Positions 10,180 to 19,574 of a stretch of 64,000 nt of DNA are shown piece by piece. The stretch is from assembly GCA_963718615.1 (NCBI GenBank), contig OY970368.1:1408001-1472000 (forward strand), written 5' to 3'. A program made the translations under genes and the position numbers. The stretch comes from an uncultured cyanobacterium. Its GTDB lineage: Bacteria; Cyanobacteriota; Cyanobacteriia; PCC-9006; JAAUQQ01. The notes under the pieces are model-generated. The model searched no databases. It was given only the letters and a program-made list of their open reading frames with translations, and was not told where the DNA came from. Each line of letters begins with the position of its first letter. The first letter of the stretch is position 1.

Positions 10180-11406
10180 TCAACTGTTGGGTTGAGTGAT
10201 TGTGGTGCCAGGTAGCAGTGCCGGTGCGGGTTGAAGTAGTGCTTGATAGGCCTGACGATGAGCCGCTGCAATTCGAGGCAGAGAGAGCTGGCGTTGTAGC
10301 TGCAAAATCTTGGGATCGGGCTGGTCGGTGATGCGCTTGAGGCTGGTTGTAATCCCTGCGGCTAGGGCCTCGGCACTGTAATCCTCGAAGGTTTGAATAG
10401 CATCAGAAACCATAGCATTGAATTCCTGAATTTGGGGCAGATTAAAGGCCAAAATCGGTCGCCCAATGGAAATCCAAGTGGCCAAGGAACCCGAGGCCGA
10501 AGCAATTTGGAATGGACAAACGGCAAGATCGCTAGCGGCCAAGTGCAGTTCTAAATCGGACTCGGAGAGATAGCCGGTGGTGGTGACGCGATCGCCCAAA
10601 TTCAACCGCTCGATTTGCGCGTTTAACTCTCGCTCAAACGCATCCTGTCCCGGTGCCATCCCCCCTGCGAATACAACATCAACAGAAGCGGGCAGGTGAC
10701 TCAGCGCGTCGAGGAGTAGCTGGTGTCCTTTACTCCGAAAGATAAAGCCCTGGAGGGTGACGACTTGGCGATCGCAAGACCATCCCAGTTTTGCCTTAGC
10801 CTCCTTGAGGGATGCAATGGCAGACCGTTTTTCCACGAAGTGGGGGATGATCTGGAGTCGAGAGGCCTGACGAAAATGCTGGAGGCGTTCAGCTTCAATG
10901 CCGTTGGAGACCAAGGGCATCGCCACATTGCCCAACAACCAACGCATAATCGTTTTATCCGCGAGATGGTTTTCCCAAAGCCACCGCATTGTGCTCCAGA
11001 TCGCTAAAGATTTACCGTTGGAATAACCCCGTAGTCGCTTATTTTCGTAGCCCCAAGCCATCCGCACATCGTAGCTGGGATAAATGTAGTCATAAATGTC
11101 ATGCAGCGTTACGCAGAGAGTACCCCGAAATTTGCGCCGAACTTTGCTCAAAAGTCTCAGCTTTTGCCAACCGGGTAGCCCCAAATATTTGCTGTACTGT
11201 ATGTGCAAAATGTCGCAGTCGCTTAAGGTCCGCAGCGCTTGCTGAAGCGGACGTCCCAGACTATGCGGCTCTGTGATCACAACCTCTGCTTCCGCTACGG
11301 TCACACCGGAAAAGGTTGCGATCGCCTGGGAAAGCCGTTTGCCATATCGAGCAACACCACTTTCATGGGCTTGTTGAGCGGTTAGGTGCAAATATCCAAT
11401 CTTCAT
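10180..11406 (-). CDS. Glycosyltransferase family 4
   Basis: SGVARY, HIQY, TLHD, GFIFRSKGH, GYLSE and ASDLAVCPF..ASGSL GT-B motifs. Confidence 0.85.
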   Translation of the reverse strand: MKIGYLHLTAQQAHESGVARYGKRLSQAIATFSGVTVAEAEVVITEPHSLGRPLQQALRTLSDCDILHIQYSKYLGLPGWQKLRLLSKVRRKFRGTLCVTLHDIYDYIYPSYDVRMAWGYENKRLRGYSNGKSLAIWSTMRWLWENHLADKTIMRWLLGNVAMPLVSNGIEAERLQHFRQASRLQIIPHFVEKRSAIASLKEAKAKLGWSCDRQVVTLQGFIFRSKGHQLLLDALSHLPASVDVVFAGGMAPGQDAFERELNAQIERLNLGDRVTTTGYLSESDLELHLAASDLAVCPFQIASASGSLATWISIGRPILAFNLPQIQEFNAMVSDAIQTFEDYSAEALAAGITTSLKRITDQPDPKILQLQRQLSLPRIAAAHRQAYQALLQPAPALLPGTTITQPNS

Positions 11407-11860
11407 GGAGGTCTGAAAAGTTCAGGGAATCTACGGGTATCTAGACAGAGCACAGGGCTCTATGGCAATCCACCGACCTATCAAGCTAGCTGCATAAAGC
11501 AATACATGAACTATTGAAACGCTGATTCATTGCCATGACATCAGCATTTTTCGCACAGCCAAAACTGCTTTCTAGGTCAGGATTGAAGTGAATCACGGCA
11601 TCTGTCTAGGAAGAGGGATACCGGGTAGATGCCGGGTAGATACTAGGTCAGCCCTATGACTCAGGCACTGACGCATTAAGTCCTTGAATTGGTCGTATTA
11701 GTGACAAAGTATATCAAATTACTCTATTAAAGGAGCGTATTAAGTCTTCTCAACTGGCAAGCGCTTCGCAAAGTGCGCGTCAAGGCATTGAAAACGGGGC
11801 CGATCGCTCGACCCCGCTGAGAATTCGTTTAATTTTTTTAATCGAGGCTGTAACAGACCG

Positions 11861-12880
11861 TTACGCCAGGGCCGACGGTTGGGCGATAGGCTGTTCAAGG
11901 GACTCAAGAGGCTCAAGGGGCTCAAGCGGCTGCATCCCGATCGCCGCTAAGAGTTCCCGATCGGCATCATGATCTTGATTCTCTACGGTTAATAACTTTT
12001 CGCCATAGAAAATCGAATTCGCCCCAGCCATAAAGCACAGGACCTGAGCCTCCCGACTCAGGCTTTCCCGACCTGCGCTGAGACGCACCTTGGCCTGGGG
12101 CATAAGAATCCGGGCCGTGGCACAGATCCGCACCAGATCGAAGGGATCAATGGGCACTTGCTCCGCCAGAGGTGTTCCTGCAACTCCGACCAGCGCATTG
12201 ATGGGAACGCTTTCGGGGTGAGGATTCATCGTGGCTAGGATTTCGAGCATCCGGGCGCGATCGCGCAAACTTTCCCCCAGGCCAATAATCCCCCCACAGC
12301 ACAGCGTAATACCCGCGTTGCGCACCCGCTCTAGGGTTTGGAGGCGATCGCCATAGGTCCTTGTACTAATTACCTGGTCGTAATATTCCGGCCCCGTATC
12401 TAAATTGTGGTTGTAGGCGGTCAGACCGGCCTCCGCTAAGCGTTCTGCCTGGGACTGGTTGAGCATTCCTGCCGTCACACAGGCTTCCATCCCCAGTTCG
12501 CGCACCCCCCGCACCATCGCCACCATCTCGTCAAAGGCCTTACCCTCGCGGATCTCTCGCCAAGCCCAGCCCATGCAAAAGCGCGAGGCTCCAGCGGCCT
12601 TGGCCTGTTCGGCCTTCGCAAGCACGGCCTCCACAGGCAAAATCGGCTCGGCTTTAACCGCCGTGTCGTGGTGAGCAGACTGGGCGCAATATCCACAATC
12701 TTCGGCACAGCCGCCCGTTTTGACGCTGAGCAAGGTCGCCAACTGCACGCCGTTGCCCGGATTGTAGGCCCGATGAACCGTCTGAGCCCCATAGACCAAA
12801 TCCAACAGGGGCTGCTGAAGCAAATCGAGAATTTCAGCGGTCGTCCAGTCGTAACGAATCTTGGGGCAAATTTCAGCCAT
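11861..12880 (-). CDS. bioB: Biotin synthase
   Basis: Radical SAM motif CAEDCGYC, plus [30 protein letters not shown] and [13 protein letters not shown]. Confidence 0.97.
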   Translation of the reverse strand: MAEICPKIRYDWTTAEILDLLQQPLLDLVYGAQTVHRAYNPGNGVQLATLLSVKTGGCAEDCGYCAQSAHHDTAVKAEPILPVEAVLAKAEQAKAAGASRFCMGWAWREIREGKAFDEMVAMVRGVRELGMEACVTAGMLNQSQAERLAEAGLTAYNHNLDTGPEYYDQVISTRTYGDRLQTLERVRNAGITLCCGGIIGLGESLRDRARMLEILATMNPHPESVPINALVGVAGTPLAEQVPIDPFDLVRICATARILMPQAKVRLSAGRESLSREAQVLCFMAGANSIFYGEKLLTVENQDHDADRELLAAIGMQPLEPLEPLESLEQPIAQPSALA

Positions 12881-13050
12881 GGTTCCTCTTGCTCTTTAAT
12901 AGTACCAGTGTACTATAATGGTCAATAGCGTTACTCATCACACCACCGAACGCGGGTGCCGGAGGCATTGAGCTCTATCGATTTTCTGCTGCTCATCAGC
13001 TTACCGCCTCGCCGACTGCGTTGGCCGACTGCGTTGAAGGAGAAGTTCTG

Positions 13051-13845
13051 ATGGACCCCCACACCCCCGATCCCTGGTATCAGTCTGAGCCTTCCGAGCC
13101 GTCTGAGAGTCCGACGGCCTATCCCCCCATTCCCCCCTATCCGGTGGGGCCACCGACGAATCCTCGGTCCCGGTCCCAGGGCCAGAATTCCCAGGGTCAA
13201 AATTTCCAGGGCCAAAATTCCTATGACCAAAATTCCTATGACCAAAATTCCTATGACCAAAATTCCTATGGCTCGTATTCCCCTGCCAATGATGCCTATC
13301 CCCGGCGATCGCGTCCCTCTCAGCCCCAGCCCCCTCGGTCTCGACCCCATTCCCCCCGACCCCATTCCCCTCAGCCCCCAGCGCCACGCCGTCCTCCAGC
13401 CCACTTCAGCATGGCCTACTGGGACGAGGAAGATGAGTTTGTGCCGGTCTTCCGACCTCGGCCCTACTCGTCGCGCCGGGAGGACTATCGGCTGTGGATT
13501 TTGGGTGGGGTGCTGCTGGTGGGATTGACGGTGTTGATCGAGCCGACGCGGGTGATTTCAAGCATTGTCAAAACCCAGGATTACGACTGTCAGGAAATTG
13601 TCCAACCCCAGTCGGTGCTGTCGCGGGAGCAGTTGACCCAGTTGCTGACGATTCCGGAGCGATCGCCCAAGGAAAAAGTCCGCGCCATCATCCGCGAACC
13701 CTATTGCTTGTTGCCCAGCCTCAAAATCCGGGCTGGGGTCTCAGCGGTGCGCGAAGCCTATCCCCTGGAAGCGGATCCCGATACTTGGATCGTTCTACTT
13801 TATGAAGGAGATGAATATGCCGGTTACCGCTTTAATGCTCGTTAG
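13051..13845 (+). CDS. Conserved cyanobacterial hypothetical membrane protein with a Pro/Gln-rich repetitive N-terminus
   Basis: RBS AAGGAG before ATG 13051. One TM helix (LWILGGVLLVGLTVLI) followed by a globular domain with two Cys (EPYCLLP, REAYPL, LLYEGDEYAGY). Confidence 0.75.
   Translation: MDPHTPDPWYQSEPSEPSESPTAYPPIPPYPVGPPTNPRSRSQGQNSQGQNFQGQNSYDQNSYDQNSYDQNSYGSYSPANDAYPRRSRPSQPQPPRSRPHSPRPHSPQPPAPRRPPAHFSMAYWDEEDEFVPVFRPRPYSSRREDYRLWILGGVLLVGLTVLIEPTRVISSIVKTQDYDCQEIVQPQSVLSREQLTQLLTIPERSPKEKVRAIIREPYCLLPSLKIRAGVSAVREAYPLEADPDTWIVLLYEGDEYAGYRFNAR
13183..13272 (+). repeat. 15-bp tandem repeat (6 units, three exact CAAAATTCCTATGAC) encoding QNSQG/QNSYD
   Basis: Directly visible in sequence and in frame. 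Confidence 0.9.
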
Positions 13846-14296
13846 GGGGGCGGCGGTGCTGGGGGCGATCGCCATCGGACTCACGCTGTACCATTGGTCT
13901 GTTCAACAGAACCTGCCTCCCTCTCGTCAGGTCAAGATTCAGCAAACCTGGGAGTTGGAACCGGGACAGCGCGTGGGAGACTACCGCGTGGTGGGAGGCT
14001 TGGGCGATATTTCCATCGATTTGCAAGGCAACAAGGTCTGGGCTCCCTTTGCGGGCGATGTCTATCCGCTGAATAAAAACTGTGTCCTGTTTTCCAGTCC
14101 TGAAGTTCCGGCCTATCTGCTGCGCCTCTGTGGGGTTCAGCAGGTTAACTTTGGGGCGGTCAGTCAAGGCGGACGCATTGCCAAATCCCAGATTCTTCAC
14201 TTCGCAACCCTGCGCAAACAGCCCGATGGCAGTTGGGCGATCGTCGAGCCCTCCCGCGAGGTTTTGGAACGGGTTTTGAATCCCCAGCGCACTTAA
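13817..14296 (+). CDS. Conserved cyanobacterial hypothetical protein with an N-terminal membrane anchor, overlapping the upstream gene
   Basis: ORF 13802..14296, start at 13817 or 13835. TM segment followed by a beta-rich domain (GGLGDISIDL, SSPEVPAYLLRLCG, LRKQPDGSWAIVEPS). Confidence 0.7.
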   Translation: MPVTALMLVRGAAVLGAIAIGLTLYHWSVQQNLPPSRQVKIQQTWELEPGQRVGDYRVVGGLGDISIDLQGNKVWAPFAGDVYPLNKNCVLFSSPEVPAYLLRLCGVQQVNFGAVSQGGRIAKSQILHFATLRKQPDGSWAIVEPSREVLERVLNPQRT

Positions 14297-14524
14297 CGTT
14301 CGGCTCAAGGCTGCGTGAATCTGGCGTGAATCTGGCGTGAATTTCCATGACGTTCCGCCGGGAAACCATTATGATGAGATCCGTGGCAAGTCACCTGGGT
14401 TACCTACAGTACGTAAAGCCCACGGTTGCGCTCGCTACCCCAAGGAACGCCGAAGCCTCGGTCCATTCCCGTGCTGGGTAAACGTCATGCCAAAAACGCG
14501 AACTTACAAACGGAAAAGGATCAG

Positions 14525-15937
14525 ATGAGTACATCAGTTATTGCACGCGACCCAGCGACCCCCGCCGTGGGTCAGGATTATAAGGTTGCCGATATTACCC
14601 TGGCGGATTGGGGCCGGAAGGAAATTGCGATCGCCGAAAGCGAAATGCCCGCGCTCATGGCGATTCGGGGCAAATATCGTGACAGCAAGCCCCTGGCTGG
14701 GGCCAAGATCATCGGCTGTATCCACATGACGATTCAGACCGCTGTGCTGATCGAAACCCTCCAGGAATTGGGGGCGGAGGTGCGTTGGTCTTCTTGTAAT
14801 ATTTTCTCGACCCAGGACCATGCGGCGGCGGCGATCGCAGCCTCCGGCACGCCGGTCTTTGCCTGGAAAGGCGAAACGGAAGAAGAGTACATCTGGTGTA
14901 TTGAGCAAACCTGCCGCGATGCCAACGGCGAACTTTGGGACGCCAACATGATTCTCGATGATGGTGGCGACCTCACCGGCCACATCCACGAGAAATATCC
15001 CCAGATGCTGGAGCTTATCCATGGGGTGACCGAAGAAACCACCACCGGGGTTCACCGTTTGTTGGAAATGCTCGAAAACGGGGAACTCAAGATTCCCGCC
15101 ATCAACGTTAACGACTCGGTCACCAAGTCCAAGAACGACAACAAATATGGTTGCCGTCACAGCCTCAACGATGCGATCAAGCGTGGCGTAGACCACCTGA
15201 TGGCGGGCAAAAAGGCCCTCGTCATTGGCTATGGCGATGTGGGCAAGGGCTCGGCAGCCTCGCTGCGCCAGGAAGGCATGATCGTCAAGATTGCTGAAGT
15301 GGATCCGATTTGCGCCATGCAGGCTTGTATGGATGGCTACGAAGTTGTTTCTCCCTACATCAACGGCGAGAACACCGGCACCCCCGATTCGATCAACACG
15401 GCTCTGTTGGCGAATACGGATCTGATTGTCACCACCACGGGCAACGTCAATGTTTGCGATAAAAACATGCTGGCTGCGCTGAAGAAAGGCGCGGTTGTTT
15501 GCAACATCGGCCACTTTGACAACGAAATTGACACCCAGTTCATGCGCGACAACTGGCGTTGGGAAGAGGTCAAGCCTCAGGTTCACCAGGTTTATCGCAG
15601 CAATGCAACGGATGACTATTTGCTGTTGCTTTCGGAAGGCCGTTTGGTCAACCTCGGCAACGCTACCGGTCACCCGTCTCGGATTATGGATGGCTCCTTT
15701 GCGAACCAAGTGTTGGCGCAAATCTTCCTCTATGAGCGCAAGTTTGCTGACCTGCCTGCGGATCAAAAGCAAGCGGCCCTCTCGGTACAGGTGTTGCCGA
15801 AGCATCTAGACGAAGAAGTCGCGACCTACATGGTTGCGGGCTTTGGTGGTGTGATCACGAAGCTGACGGAGAAGCAGGCGAAGTACATCAATGTGCCGCT
15901 GAATGGTCCGTTTAAGTCGAACGATTACAAGTACTAA
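14525..15937 (+). CDS. ahcY: Adenosylhomocysteinase (SAH hydrolase)
   Basis: [45 protein letters not shown] and [22 protein letters not shown] before ATG 14525. Confidence 0.97.
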   Translation: MSTSVIARDPATPAVGQDYKVADITLADWGRKEIAIAESEMPALMAIRGKYRDSKPLAGAKIIGCIHMTIQTAVLIETLQELGAEVRWSSCNIFSTQDHAAAAIAASGTPVFAWKGETEEEYIWCIEQTCRDANGELWDANMILDDGGDLTGHIHEKYPQMLELIHGVTEETTTGVHRLLEMLENGELKIPAINVNDSVTKSKNDNKYGCRHSLNDAIKRGVDHLMAGKKALVIGYGDVGKGSAASLRQEGMIVKIAEVDPICAMQACMDGYEVVSPYINGENTGTPDSINTALLANTDLIVTTTGNVNVCDKNMLAALKKGAVVCNIGHFDNEIDTQFMRDNWRWEEVKPQVHQVYRSNATDDYLLLLSEGRLVNLGNATGHPSRIMDGSFANQVLAQIFLYERKFADLPADQKQAALSVQVLPKHLDEEVATYMVAGFGGVITKLTEKQAKYINVPLNGPFKSNDYKY

Positions 15938-16025
15938 GATTTAGGTAGGGTCTAAGGGGCGGGCGATTGCTGCGCAGACTGGTGTGGCGATCGCCCAGCT
16001 CAACGGACTTCAAAATCCTAATACC

Positions 16026-16061
16026 AAAATCCTCAGTAGCTCACAGCGCTGGGGATTTTTT
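16026..16061 (+). terminator. Intrinsic terminator after ahcY
   Basis: AAAATCCTCAG...CTGGGGATTTT stem with a T tail. Confidence 0.65.
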
Positions 16062-16214
16062 GATGGCTCGCTACAATGGGACGAGCAACGTTTCTGGTGC
16101 CCGACGAGTGGGTGAGGGCGGCGGTGGGGGCGTTGAGCACTGACCTATAATCAGGATATCGTGAATTAAAATACCACTGAAGGCTGACGATTTTTATCCT
16201 CAAAACTGTTGATC

Positions 16215-16478
16215 ATGCAATCTCCCTTTCCTGGCATGAATCCGTATCTGGAGCAACCGGCATTTTGGTCGTCGTTTCATAGCCGTTTGATGGTGGCGAT
16301 CGCGCCTCTCCAAGCGGTGTTTGATCAGGTGTTTCGGGAGGGGCGGTATGGGGCGAGGATTGATTATCAACTGCGGATGCCGCCGCCGAGTTTGTCAGAG
16401 GAGGCTCTGGTGTGGGTTGAGAAATTGTTGAGGGGGGAGCAGGCGGTGGCTAAGGTTCAGGATGAACGTTTGAAATAG
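16215..16478 (+). pseudogene. DUF4058-family gene with a large in-frame internal deletion
   Basis: The family N-terminus MQSPFPGMNPYLE...FHSRLMVAIA is joined directly to a C-terminal-type segment LQAVFDQVF...IDY...PPPSLSEE..WV..LL. Only about 87 aa. Confidence 0.7.
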
Positions 16479-16491
16479 GGGAGGGCTGAGG

Positions 16492-18876
16492 ATGGAGCGG
16501 GAGAAGTTGTTGGCGGTGATTGAGGAGGCGAGGCAGAGTGGGGAGACACATCTGAATTTGAACTGGAGAAGGATTGAAGAATTGCCACCAGAAATTGGAC
16601 AATTAATCACTCTCACCTCCCTGTACCTCAGCGGCAATTCACTGACAAGCCTGCCTAAGGAAATTGGGCAATTAACAAATCTCACTTCTCTTCGTCTCTG
16701 GAATAATCAACTGATGACCTTGCCAGAGACGATCGGGCAATTAACAAATCTAACTTCCCTTGATCTCTGGAATAATCAACTGACGAGCTTACCCGAAGAA
16801 GTTGGACGTCTAAGCCAGCTAAAGCACTTAGACTTAACTGAAAATCCATTGAGTAAGCTTCCTCCAGAAATCAGAGGAAAATCTGGACTTGAAATTCGTG
16901 ATTACTATCGGCAACGCTTAGAAGAAAAAACTGATTACATCTATGAAGCTAAACTCTTAGTCATCGGTAAAGGCGGAGCTGGAAAAACCAGTCTTGCTAA
17001 CAAACTGATTGATTCAGGTTACACGCTCAAACTTGAGGGAGGCGAAAATCCCGAAAAATCCACAGAAGGGATTGACGTTCTCCGCCTCGACTTCGAGCAT
17101 CCCAGCAACAACCCCTTTCGCATCAACATCTGGGACTTCGGCGGCCAAGAAATCTACCACGCCACCCACCAATTCTTCCTCACCAAACGCTCCCTCTACC
17201 TCCTCGTCGCCGATACCCGCCAAGAAAACACCGACTTCAACTACTGGCTCGAAATCGTCGAACTCCTCAGCGACGCCAGCCCCACCCTGATCATTAAAAA
17301 CGAAAAACAAGACCGCCCCTGCCAAGTCAACGAAAACCAACTGCGCGGACGCTTCCCCAATCTCGAAAAAATCCTCCCCACCAACCTCCTCACCAATCGC
17401 GGCCTCCCCGAGATCCTCGCCGCCGTCCAACACCACATCAGCCAACTCCCCCACATCGGCCAAGCCCTCCCAAAAACCTGGGTCAACGTCCGCAAAGCCC
17501 TCGAAGAAGACAATCGCAACTACATCCCCCAAACCGAATATCTCAGCCTCTGCGACACCCACGGCTTCAAACGCCACAAAGACAAACTTCAACTCAGCGA
17601 ATACCTCCACGACCTCGGCGTCTGCCTCCACTTCCAAGACGACGACCTCCTCCAACGCTACATCATCCTCAAACCCGAATGGGGCACCACCGCCGTTTAC
17701 AAAGTCCTCGACACCCCCAAAGTTCGCCAAAACCTCGGCTGCTTCACCAGCGAAGATCTCAAACTCATTTGGGCCGATGAACAGTATGCAGACATGCGCC
17801 CAGAGCTGCTGCAACTGATGAAAAACTTCAAACTCTGCTACGAGATCCCCCACCGCCCCAAAACCTACATCGCCCCCCAACTCCTCTCCCGCAACCAACC
17901 CGAATACGCATGGAACGACAGCAATAACCTGATTCTGCGCTACCACTACGAATTCATGCCCAAAGGAATGCTCACCCGCTTCATCGTCGAAATGCATCGA
18001 TTAATTGACCGCGAACTCGTTTGGAAAGATGGCGTAATTCTTGCCGACAACAACGCCCGAGCTGAAGTCATCGAAGCCCGCTACCGCAATGAAATTCGCA
18101 TTCGTATCTCCGGCTTCATAAAGAAACCCTTGCTCGAAGGCATCCGCCACGAATTCAAAAAAATCCACGACTCCTACGGAGAACGATTGCGTTTTCAAGA
18201 GCTTATCCCCTGCAACTGCCCAACCTGCAAAGGTTCTCAAAATCCCCACGCCTACCCATTACAAAAACTCCAAGAACGTCTCCAAAATCAAAACTACGAA
18301 ATTGAATGCGACAAGCCCTCCTACCACAAAGTCAGTGTTCGCAACTTAATCGATGACGCCATTAACCCTAAGCCCAACCGCCCAAATGTTGAACTCCTCA
18401 AAGAAGTCCCACACCCCCAACCTTCGTCGTCTCCCATTATCATCAATAATTACCAAACCCAGGATCAACGTAATACCATGACCGAACAGCCACAAACCAC
18501 CAATACCTTCAACGGCCCCACCTCCGGCATCATCGGCAGCACCTTCAACGACAACGCCCAAGCCAGCCGCAACACCTTCACCCAAACCAATCACCCCACC
18601 CCCGCCGAACTCCTCCAACTCATCGCCAGCCTGCGCCAAACCGCCGCCCAACTCCCCCCAGACATCCAAGAAGAACTGATCATCGACCTCGACGACGTCG
18701 AAGCCGAAATTCAAAAGCCTGAGGGCGATCGCAACCCCACCAAACTCAAAAAACGCCTCCTCGCCCTCGCCACCGCCGCCACCCTCACCGCCACCCCGAT
18801 CGCCGCCATCACCGACTTCGCCAACACCGCCCTCGACCTCGCCAACAAACTCGGCATCGAATTGCCTCTACCCTAA
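16492..18876 (+). CDS. Roco protein: LRR - Roc GTPase - COR - Cys/Zn ribbon - C-terminal helical extension
   Basis: 23-aa LRRs (LTSLPKEIGQLTNLTSL), P-loop GKGGAGKTS, STEGID, IWDFGGQEIYHATHQFFLT, COR region (LHDLGVCLHF, ILKPEW) and CNCPTC...C. Confidence 0.92.
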   Translation: MEREKLLAVIEEARQSGETHLNLNWRRIEELPPEIGQLITLTSLYLSGNSLTSLPKEIGQLTNLTSLRLWNNQLMTLPETIGQLTNLTSLDLWNNQLTSLPEEVGRLSQLKHLDLTENPLSKLPPEIRGKSGLEIRDYYRQRLEEKTDYIYEAKLLVIGKGGAGKTSLANKLIDSGYTLKLEGGENPEKSTEGIDVLRLDFEHPSNNPFRINIWDFGGQEIYHATHQFFLTKRSLYLLVADTRQENTDFNYWLEIVELLSDASPTLIIKNEKQDRPCQVNENQLRGRFPNLEKILPTNLLTNRGLPEILAAVQHHISQLPHIGQALPKTWVNVRKALEEDNRNYIPQTEYLSLCDTHGFKRHKDKLQLSEYLHDLGVCLHFQDDDLLQRYIILKPEWGTTAVYKVLDTPKVRQNLGCFTSEDLKLIWADEQYADMRPELLQLMKNFKLCYEIPHRPKTYIAPQLLSRNQPEYAWNDSNNLILRYHYEFMPKGMLTRFIVEMHRLIDRELVWKDGVILADNNARAEVIEARYRNEIRIRISGFIKKPLLEGIRHEFKKIHDSYGERLRFQELIPCNCPTCKGSQNPHAYPLQKLQERLQNQNYEIECDKPSYHKVSVRNLIDDAINPKPNRPNVELLKEVPHPQPSSSPIIINNYQTQDQRNTMTEQPQTTNTFNGPTSGIIGSTFNDNAQASRNTFTQTNHPTPAELLQLIASLRQTAAQLPPDIQEELIIDLDDVEAEIQKPEGDRNPTKLKKRLLALATAATLTATPIAAITDFANTALDLANKLGIELPLP

Positions 18877-18906
18877 TTTCCCCAACCCTAATTCCCCCGA
18901 CCCTAG

Positions 18907-19206
18907 ATGTATATTGAATGGTTAAAATTTCACGTTCAGCCGGAGTTGCGATCGCAATTCATCCAAAAAGACGCCGAACTCTGGACCCCCTACCTTGCCC
19001 AAAATTCCGCCTTTGTCCGCAAGGAAATTTGGCTAGACCCTAACCATCCCGATGAAGTTGCAACTATCGTTTGGTGGTCCAATCGTGAACAATGGAAAGC
19101 CATCCCCGCAGAAGAGATGGAGGCGATCGCCCAGCAGTTTGAAACGGCCCTGGGCAAAGGAACCTACGAACTCATCGAAGAACGGGAATGGCTTCAGGAA
19201 AGTTGA
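18907..19206 (+). CDS. Cyanobacterial TIGR03792-like ABM-fold protein
   Basis: IEWLKFxV...FIQKDAELWT...F..KEIW...W..REQWKAIP pattern. Confidence 0.8.
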   Translation: MYIEWLKFHVQPELRSQFIQKDAELWTPYLAQNSAFVRKEIWLDPNHPDEVATIVWWSNREQWKAIPAEEMEAIAQQFETALGKGTYELIEEREWLQES

Positions 19207-19214
19207 TGTGCAGC

Positions 19215-19574
19215 CTAGAGCGGTAACCGGAAAATAAACGGATAGCGATGGGCAACCTCTGGGTTCGTCAAACACTTAAACACCGCCCAGCCCGGAAAAA
19301 TTAGGTTGTATAACAAACCAATCGGAATCAAAATTGGCGACAGCAACCAGCCAATCAAGATGAAATATAAAAAGGCAATAACACCGCCCACAACCCAAAG
19401 GTTGAGGTGAAAATTAATCGACTCCTTGGCGTTTTCCTTCACGACCGGATCATCAGAAACTAACAAAACGGCGATCGGCACCCCAATCGTCACCATCGAG
19501 AGACCCAAGAAATTGAGGCCATGGCAAAGGGCAGACAGGAGCTTACGCTTATCGGGGTCATAGGTGGCTTGCAT
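19215..19574 (-). CDS. DUF4870 family membrane protein
   Basis: YDPDKRKLLSALCHG, DPVVKENAKESINFH and C-terminal RYPFIFRL. RBS AAGGAG. Confidence 0.8.
   Translation of the reverse strand: MQATYDPDKRKLLSALCHGLNFLGLSMVTIGVPIAVLLVSDDPVVKENAKESINFHLNLWVVGGVIAFLYFILIGWLLSPILIPIGLLYNLIFPGWAVFKCLTNPEVAHRYPFIFRLPL

Noticed and set aside
13183-13272. CRISPR-like array
   Set aside because: Contiguous 15-bp units with no spacers, inside a CDS, and no cas genes in the window.
12931-13528. Alternative-frame repeat ORFs (GILVI, HRNFG, MTKIP repeats)
   Set aside because: Other readings of the same 15-bp VNTR. The frame with the RBS and conserved C-terminal domain is 13051..13845.
14375-14520. Possible SAH riboswitch upstream of ahcY
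   Set aside because: Fragments (GCGCTC, AGGAACGC, CTCGG) resemble the consensus, but the order, the GAGGAGCG core and the downstream pseudoknot partner do not match. An Infernal search with the SAH riboswitch model would decide.
14534-15805. 423-aa antisense ORF
   Set aside because: Shadow of ahcY on the opposite strand with no recognisable motifs.
16560-16860. Diversity-generating retroelement TR/VR pair in the LRRs
   Set aside because: The repeats are adjacent in-frame LRR units, differences are not adenine-specific, and no reverse transcriptase is present.
17014-17997. 327-aa V/G/E-rich antisense ORF
   Set aside because: By-product of the extreme C/A third-position bias in the Roco gene.
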